Origin: a virus
Lineage: Duplodnaviria > Heunggongvirae > Uroviricota > Caudoviricetes
Length of the DNA: 11,657 nt
IMG/VR virus record: IMGVR_UViG_2537562189_000011
Location: 1 to 11,657 of that record
Strand: one strand, 5' to 3'
The translations under genes and the position numbers were made by a program. Below, piece by piece: positions 7,638 to 11,657 of the stretch. The notes under the pieces were generated by a model. The model worked only from the letters and a program-made list of their open reading frames with translations, searched no databases and was not told where the DNA came from. Each line of letters opens with the position of its first letter. The stretch's first letter is position 1.

Positions 7638-7870
7638 AACCCCCCCCCATTTTCACAATCAGCAATCAGGATAGCTTTGGCCTCATTCAGCGCCGTATCA
7701 GCACTAAATTGCATGACAGCCAGTGAGTGAGGAACGAAAGCACCGGCATATTCTGTTTCGCTGGTGGCGTGCTTATGTGCCCTGTCCGCGATAACAGAAA
7801 TATCAATCAGCGCGTGCATCAGCGTTTTGATGGCTTCGGCGGCTGCGTCCGGTGTGGTTTTATTGTGCAT
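7610..7870 (-). CDS. Hypothetical protein (86 aa); possibly the N-terminal half of a gene split at a homopolymer tract
   Basis: ATG at 7870; the reading frame runs through the G9 tract (ENGGG) and stops 27 nt later. Confidence 0.4.
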   Translation of the reverse strand: MHNKTTPDAAAEAIKTLMHALIDISVIADRAHKHATSETEYAGAFVPHSLAVMQFSADTALNEAKAILIADCENGGGLCVMIVLIP

Positions 7871-8072
7871 AAAGCATCCCCTGAATATTCGTGTTAATCA
7901 TTCCGGCACGTTTTGTGATTTCCTGTAATGATTCCCTTGTGGCGACAATTGCTTCATCTGGTAAGTGGTAATTACACACCACGCGACCTTTATCCACATT
8001 GACCAGTAGCTGCCCTGTGAATTTCTCACGAAACTGAATGCGGTTAAGGTCAGTAAGTGACAGATTAATCAT
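7860..8072 (-). CDS. Hypothetical small protein (70 aa)
   Basis: ATG at 8072 preceded by a strong AGGAGG Shine-Dalgarno at 6-nt spacing; the ORF track's longer version starts at a GTG at 8114. Start overlaps the stop of the upstream gene. Confidence 0.5.
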   Translation of the reverse strand: MINLSLTDLNRIQFREKFTGQLLVNVDKGRVVCNYHLPDEAIVATRESLQEITKRAGMINTNIQGMLYAQ

Positions 8073-8262
8073 AGCGCACCTCCTGACGAATACGGGCGGC
8101 AAATACAGCAACACAACCTGACGGGCAACGGCTATGCGCTTCGCGTTCCGTCCAGGCGGTTACGTGGATGATTTGAGATTCTCCGGCACTCAGTGCCAGA
8201 AAACGCCACACAAAGGCCGTTTGTGTGTGTACAAGGTGTGGGGTATGATTTACGGCAACCAT
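8065..8262 (-). CDS. Hypothetical small protein (65 aa)
   Basis: ATG at 8262 preceded by GAGGAG at 5-nt spacing; the ORF track's longer version starts at a GTG at 8361. No recognised domain. Confidence 0.5.
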   Translation of the reverse strand: MVAVNHTPHLVHTQTAFVWRFLALSAGESQIIHVTAWTEREAHSRCPSGCVAVFAARIRQEVRYD

Positions 8263-8351
8263 AACGGCTCCTCGTTTACGTTGTTGGTTAGAAGCCCTGC
8301 GAGTGGTAATGACACTTGCGGGGCTTTGCTTTTTTAAGTGCTCTTGTGTTA

Positions 8352-8397
8352 AGGTGGTCACCTAACAATAGAAAGGCTAATTCAATAGGTGACCACT
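8352..8397. promoter_or_regulatory. Operator-like inverted repeat pair (GGTGGTCACC / GGTGACCAC) in the divergent intergenic region
   Basis: GGTGGTCACC at 8353-8362 and its near reverse complement GGTGACCAC at 8388-8396, centres 35 bp apart, between the minus-strand gene starting at 8262 and the plus-strand gene starting at 8457. Confidence 0.45.
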
Positions 8398-8456
8398 TGT
8401 CAACAATCAAACGCGATAAAAGCCCTAAAGGGGACGGGCAATCCCCACAATTCAGA

Positions 8457-8588
8457 ATGCGAATTTCTCCAGAGCTAAAAGAGCAATTCGATAAAGAAGC
8501 ACAGAGCGACGGCATAAGCCTAGCCAACTGGCTTAAAGAGTTGGGGCGCACTGAACTAAAGCGGCGCGGTATAGAACCCAAAGGATAA
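8457..8588 (+). CDS. Ribbon-helix-helix (Arc/CopG-like) DNA-binding protein, copy 1 (43 aa)
   Basis: MRISPELKEQFDKEAQSDGISLANWLKELGRTELKRRG fits the strand-helix-helix pattern of ribbon-helix-helix regulators (Arc/CopG-like). Nested in the 90-aa ORF-track ORF 8316-8588; Shine-Dalgarno is weak. Confidence 0.45.
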   Translation: MRISPELKEQFDKEAQSDGISLANWLKELGRTELKRRGIEPKG

Positions 8589-8590
8589 AA

Positions 8591-8637
8591 ACTATCAGCG
8601 CCGTGGTGTGAGGTACTACGGCGCATTGCTTTACAGG
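8591..8637 (+). repeat. 47-bp conserved hairpin element, copy 1
   Basis: ACTATCAGCGCCGTGGTGTGAGGTACTACGGCGCATTGCTTTACAGG, 46 of 47 identical to 9332-9378. Contains a GCGCCGT / ACGGCGC stem (extendable to 11 bp with G-U pairs). Begins 2 nt after the stop codon and ends 8 nt before the next ATG. Confidence 0.7.
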
Positions 8638-8645
8638 GCAGTACC

Positions 8646-8873
8646 ATGACCAACAACACACTATCACCAATACAAGACACGCAAACGCAAGATGATGAAA
8701 TCATCCGGCAAAGGCAGTCAGAAGCCTGCGCCAGACTTGAGGAAGAACTAACCAGAACAAAAATACCACCACCAGCGCCGCGCTTAGTGCCACCAGAAAA
8801 ATTTGCCCTTGAAGATTTTGTCGATAAATACCCACGGCGGCTTAAATCCGGCAAAAACCGACCGCCAGGATGA
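8646..8873 (+). CDS. Hypothetical small protein (75 aa), MTNN... N-terminus
   Basis: ATG 8 nt after the 47-bp element. The first ~50 nt are homologous to the start of the ORF at 9387. No recognised domain. Confidence 0.4.
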   Translation: MTNNTLSPIQDTQTQDDEIIRQRQSEACARLEEELTRTKIPPPAPRLVPPEKFALEDFVDKYPRRLKSGKNRPPG

Positions 8874-8892
8874 GTGCACAAAACCGAACTAT

Positions 8893-8930
8893 GAAACGGA
8901 TTATTCCGTTTCCGGGGCGTTTGTGTGTGT
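8893..8930 (+). terminator. Candidate terminator hairpin after the first plus-strand gene pair
   Basis: GAAACGGA (8893-8900), loop TTAT, TCCGTTTC (8905-8912), followed by CGGGGCGTTTGTGTGTGT. The T-tract is interrupted, so this is weak. A second hairpin ACGCCCCG / CGGGGCGT (8993-9026) is followed by TTGTTGTTTTGGG. Confidence 0.3.
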
Positions 8931-9036
8931 ATAAAGAGTAAGCTATGCTCTTTTATAGCCATAATCGTTACCTCAATTAATGGTTTGGTTAGACGCCCCG
9001 TATGTGTTCCCATCACTGCGGGGCGTTGTTGTTTTG

Positions 9037-9129
9037 GGTGTATTTCACCTTCATTTTTAAATCTACATTCAGGTGAAATACACCGCAAGACTTTTTTTAT
9101 CTTTTTTTTTGCGTATACTGAAATACACC
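9037..9129 (+). promoter_or_regulatory. Promoter/operator region of the second ribbon-helix-helix gene: GGTG-N5-CACC inverted repeats plus a TATACT -10
   Basis: GGTGTATTTCACC at 9037-9049 and its reverse complement GGTGAAATACACC at 9072-9084 (centres 35 bp apart); a third half-site TGAAATACACC at 9119-9129 overlaps a TATACT at 9114-9119; T-rich stretch at 9091-9110; AGGAG Shine-Dalgarno at 9137-9141. Confidence 0.5.
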
Positions 9130-9149
9130 GATTATCAGGAGAACCAGAA

Positions 9150-9329
9150 ATGGCAACAGGTGCAAAGAACGCAAAATCACAAATGACAACGGTCAGAATC
9201 CCGCATGAGGTAATGACCGATATTGAGCAACTTAAAGAACCTGGCGAAAGTACCGCCGGATTTCTAGTTACGGCAGCAAAAGGCGAGATCAAACGCCGCC
9301 AGCGCCGCAAGGCCAAAGAATCAGAATAA
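9150..9329 (+). CDS. Ribbon-helix-helix (Arc/CopG-like) DNA-binding protein, copy 2 (59 aa)
   Basis: ATG at 9150 with CAGGAG Shine-Dalgarno at 8-nt spacing. TTVRIPHEVMTDIEQLKEPGESTAGFLVTAAKGEIKRR fits the ribbon-helix-helix pattern. Nested in the 134-aa ORF-track ORF 8925-9329. Confidence 0.55.
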   Translation: MATGAKNAKSQMTTVRIPHEVMTDIEQLKEPGESTAGFLVTAAKGEIKRRQRRKAKESE

Positions 9330-9331
9330 TT

Positions 9332-9378
9332 ACTATCAGCGCCGTGGCGTGAGGTACTACGGCGCATTGCTTTACAGG
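9332..9378 (+). repeat. 47-bp conserved hairpin element, copy 2
   Basis: ACTATCAGCGCCGTGGCGTGAGGTACTACGGCGCATTGCTTTACAGG; same placement as copy 1 (2 nt after the stop, 8 nt before the next ATG). Confidence 0.7.
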
Positions 9379-9386
9379 TACACACA

Positions 9387-9536
9387 ATGACCAATAAAGA
9401 ATCAACCAATACACCATCGCAAAAAACGAACAGAGAGCACGAAAATATGGCGCTCGAGCATGAATCAGAAAGATTCGCTCCATGCGCTTTTGTCCTTGAT
9501 GAGTTTCTAAAAAATATTCACGTTCTGAACGGATGA
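9387..9536 (+). CDS. Hypothetical small protein (49 aa), MTNK... N-terminus; not in the ORF track
   Basis: ATG at 9387 to TGA at 9534-9536, translated by hand: MTNKESTNTPSQKTNREHENMALEHESERFAPCAFVLDEFLKNIHVLNG. Position and first codons parallel the ORF at 8646. Confidence 0.3.
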   Translation: MTNKESTNTPSQKTNREHENMALEHESERFAPCAFVLDEFLKNIHVLNG

Positions 9537-9657
9537 AAATGGCAGCACAATACGGCCCCAACAAGCAAGGTAATTGCCCACCAGCCTGATCACGGTTATC
9601 ATGTTCGGGCTTATGATTGTTGACACATACGGCGCAGCGGGTTAATTGTTCAGAAAG

Positions 9658-9684
9658 GCGGTTCCATATCGGGACCGCTTTTTT
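9658..9684 (+). terminator. Rho-independent terminator closing the plus-strand regulatory cassette
   Basis: Stem GCGGTTCC (9658-9665), loop ATATC, GGGACCGC (9671-9678; 8 bp including one G-U), followed by TTTTTT (9679-9684). Confidence 0.6.
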
Positions 9685-9864
9685 ATGCCTGAAAATACCC
9701 TATAGCATGGCTTTTCAGATTCACCAGGGCGAACGAATCCCCGCCCCTGTACGGGCGTATATTTCATCATGGTTATACCTCAGTATTATGGCGTTTATTC
9801 CCGATACCGAGATCCCGGTATCGGTCAATAATGGATTGGTGGTGGCTGTGTGCCGCCAGTCTTT

Positions 9865-10053
9865 TTAGTGAACTGCCTTGCAGCTATCCTTCCAGGCCAA
9901 AACCTCAGATAAAGACCAGCCAACAGAACGCCCGCCAAGTTTACGACGTGATGGGAATTGTCCGGCCTTTTCCAGGCGGTAGCGGCATGAGCGGCTAAGG
10001 CCTGTTAGCTTTTCGCATTCTTTTTCACGTATAAACCGATCAGTGCTTAACAC
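9865..10053 (-). CDS. alpA: AlpA-family phage regulatory protein (small HTH regulator)
   Basis: 62 aa; RFIREKECEKLTGLSRSCRYRLEKAGQFPSRRKLGGRSVGWSLSEVLAWK matches the AlpA helix-turn-helix signature. GTG start at 10053 with AAGGGGG Shine-Dalgarno 5 nt upstream. Confidence 0.85.
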   Translation of the reverse strand: MLSTDRFIREKECEKLTGLSRSCRYRLEKAGQFPSRRKLGGRSVGWSLSEVLAWKDSCKAVH

Positions 10054-10427
10054 TATTGCCCCCTTTCGTTTCTTAAAGAGTTATTTCGTGTTCTATTGCG
10101 TTGGGATGTGTCTGATTGTGTCAGGATGATTCAGAGTTGGCAAATGTTGGTGTCGCATGGTTTACAGAAAGAGGAATAATCAGGATAAAATCATTTAAAT
10201 TCATGTTAATACAAAGGCATAAAATCTTGTTTTATGCTTTTTTTCGCACGCTTTAACGCGTAATTCACTAATGTATAAAAAACCAGCTGATCATTAAAAA
10301 TCAGTAACTTATAAATCTGTATTCTTTTTGGCCTCTTGTTCGTGATTGTGTCACGTTGTTGCACATTGTTTCACGTTGTATCTGTGCACTTATCCAGTAT
10401 GCGCATACTGAAAAAACACGAGAAAAA

Positions 10428-11657
10428 TTATTTTATTCTGGTTACTGGTAGCGTGGTTACGTTTTCATGTGTTCCCGCCAGTATCTCCAACCGCTCCACC
10501 CACATATCAAGCGCATTGCGTTTCGCATCAATATAGCGGGAATGGTTGTACACGCGTTGCATTCCTAGCATCTGGTGGCCTGTAAGCTGCTCCACGACGT
10601 GAGGATCAACGCCTAAATCGTTCAGCATGGTTGTAAAGGTGCGCCGGATGTCATGCAGTGACCAGTGAGGGTGTTTAAGCCTCCTGTGCACCAATCTGCC
10701 GTACTGCGATACGCTGGTTTCCTGTTTCACTTCCCCCAGCAATAAGCCCGTGTGCCTGTTCTGCTCCACCAGCTGCGTGACGAACGGCAGTATCGCTTCC
10801 GGTATGGGCCGGAATATGGCTACCTTCGTTTTGCTGTGCTCCTTCGGAACGGTCCAGAGCATTTCGGTAAAATCCCACTCGCCGATCTCCGATAACCTCA
10901 GTTCTACTGTCCGGCATCCGAAAACAATCAGGAGGCGGATTAGTGCGACGTAGTAAGGGGAAAATATTTTTTTGTCCAGTGCCTGCAATAATTCGCCAAG
11001 TTCTTTGTTACTTAAGACACGCTCACTTATATCCGGTTTTTTCCCAACGTCCGCCACACTCATATCATCAAGAACGTTGCTGATTGCATAGCGCCGCTTC
11101 CTGCAGAACTTAAGCGCCTGCTTGCATGTCTGTAGCAGGAACCCGGCGGAAACAGGGGCTTTCTTTGCCACCCGATCAAAACAGGCCAGCCAGTGCCGTA
11201 GCTCGCATTTATCCAGCGGCATAGGGCCAATGTGCTGTATTACGTGATTATTTAGCCGCTTTTTCAGTGGGTCATAATCCACACGGTTTTCCTTTGCGTA
11301 CGACTCAAGCCAGTAGGTGAGCGCATCGCCAACCGTTACCGGCTTTAACGCTTCCTGTACGGTGTAATTCATTTCATGACGTGGATTTTTCCCCTCTGCC
11401 AGCCATGCGCGACACTGGGCGGCTTTTTCCCTGGCTGATTTCAGGCTCAGATCAGGATAATTTCCCAGCTTAATGCGTTCCGGTGGTGCCCCCCTTCCCG
11501 TTCCGGCCCTGTAAGTGAAATACCAGGTTAAAAGGCCACTGGTTGAATGCCTGACGCTCAGGTTTCCACCGTCATTAAGAAAGGCTGTTTTTTGGGCGGG
11601 TGTGCCGTTGATTTTCCTCAGCTGGGTATCGCTCAGTTTGTTAAGTGCTCTGCTCAT
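10428..11657 (-). CDS. int: Tyrosine integrase, P4-type (site-specific recombinase)
   Basis: 409-aa ORF, ATG exactly at the window end (11657-11655), TAA at 10430-10428. N-terminal arm-binding-like domain (GLLTWYFTYRAGTGRG..RIKLGNYPDLSLKSAREKA) and a C-terminal catalytic domain with HxxR and a terminal Tyr region as expected for tyrosine recombinases. Confidence 0.9.
   Translation of the reverse strand: MSRALNKLSDTQLRKINGTPAQKTAFLNDGGNLSVRHSTSGLLTWYFTYRAGTGRGAPPERIKLGNYPDLSLKSAREKAAQCRAWLAEGKNPRHEMNYTVQEALKPVTVGDALTYWLESYAKENRVDYDPLKKRLNNHVIQHIGPMPLDKCELRHWLACFDRVAKKAPVSAGFLLQTCKQALKFCRKRRYAISNVLDDMSVADVGKKPDISERVLSNKELGELLQALDKKIFSPYYVALIRLLIVFGCRTVELRLSEIGEWDFTEMLWTVPKEHSKTKVAIFRPIPEAILPFVTQLVEQNRHTGLLLGEVKQETSVSQYGRLVHRRLKHPHWSLHDIRRTFTTMLNDLGVDPHVVEQLTGHQMLGMQRVYNHSRYIDAKRNALDMWVERLEILAGTHENVTTLPVTRIK

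Larger units (their letters stand above)
1..11657. mobile_element. Partial phage satellite / capsid-forming PICI-like island (integrase, AlpA, replicon, head module); both ends outside window
   Basis: Gene content and order: P4-type integrase, AlpA, AAA_25-like helicase with adjacent iterons, then HK97-type capsid/protease/portal/connector/HNH, all co-directional on the minus strand within about 11.6 kb. No tail or lysis genes seen. Inference from architecture only. Confidence 0.6.

Noticed and set aside
8219-8931. 14-bp identical repeat CGTTTGTGTGTGTA at 8219-8232 and 8918-8931
   Set aside because: A single 14-mer pair of simple TG-rich sequence is within chance expectation for an 11.6-kb window on two strands; one copy lies inside a coding region.
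8288-9409. 373-aa minus-strand ORF, the second-longest minus-strand ORF in this region
   Set aside because: It runs antisense across two plus-strand genes with good ribosome-binding sites, their promoters, the 47-bp repeats and a T-rich promoter stretch. Its product is low-complexity (Ser/Cys/Arg/Leu-rich, with KKKIKK encoded by the poly-T promoter region) and has no recognisable domain. Most likely a chance open frame, although its length is unusual and worth a quick homology check.
8457-9536. Ribbon-helix-helix gene plus downstream small ORF as a type II toxin-antitoxin pair
   Set aside because: The downstream ORFs (75 and 49 aa, polar Thr/Asn/Gln-rich N-termini) show no resemblance to RelE/ParE/CcdB-like toxins that I can recognise, and the conserved element between the genes is atypical for toxin-antitoxin operons. 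Not excluded, but unsupported.
9289-9868. ORFs 9289-9564 (minus) and 9617-9868 (plus)
   Set aside because: They overlap the better-supported small plus-strand genes or the terminator and palindrome region, have hydrophobic low-complexity products, and lack credible ribosome-binding sites.
10336-10536. Plus-strand ORF 10336-10536 (66 aa)
   Set aside because: It overlaps the 3' end of the integrase gene and the repeat-rich intergenic region; no ribosome-binding site or motif.

Overview
This window looks like most of a compact phage satellite of the capsid-forming PICI type, not a fragment of an ordinary prophage. All identifications rest on reading the six-frame translations and the DNA by eye; no database search or folding was run. 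Almost everything is on the minus strand, read from 11657 down to 1: a P4-type tyrosine integrase (10428-11657), an AlpA-family regulator (9865-10053), a run of small unknown genes (7404-8262), two small genes coupled to a replication helicase that is broken by two frameshifts (5478-7171), an iteron cluster with an AT-rich core (5289-5479, candidate origin), a small gene plus an SSB-like/PerC-like two-domain gene (4337-5334), a terminator, and then a tightly coupled HK97-type head module (major capsid, prohead protease, portal, head closure, head-tail connector, HNH; 1-4050). The one plus-strand island (8352-9684) is a tandemly duplicated regulatory cassette: paired GGTG-N-CACC operators, a ribbon-helix-helix gene, a conserved 47-bp hairpin element and a small ORF starting MTN, closed by an intrinsic terminator. 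No tail, lysis, tRNA, rRNA or CRISPR features are visible. Both element ends (att sites, and presumably terS/terL beyond position 1) lie outside the window. The ORF track uses GTG/TTG as well as ATG starts, so several starts were re-picked by ribosome-binding-site inspection.
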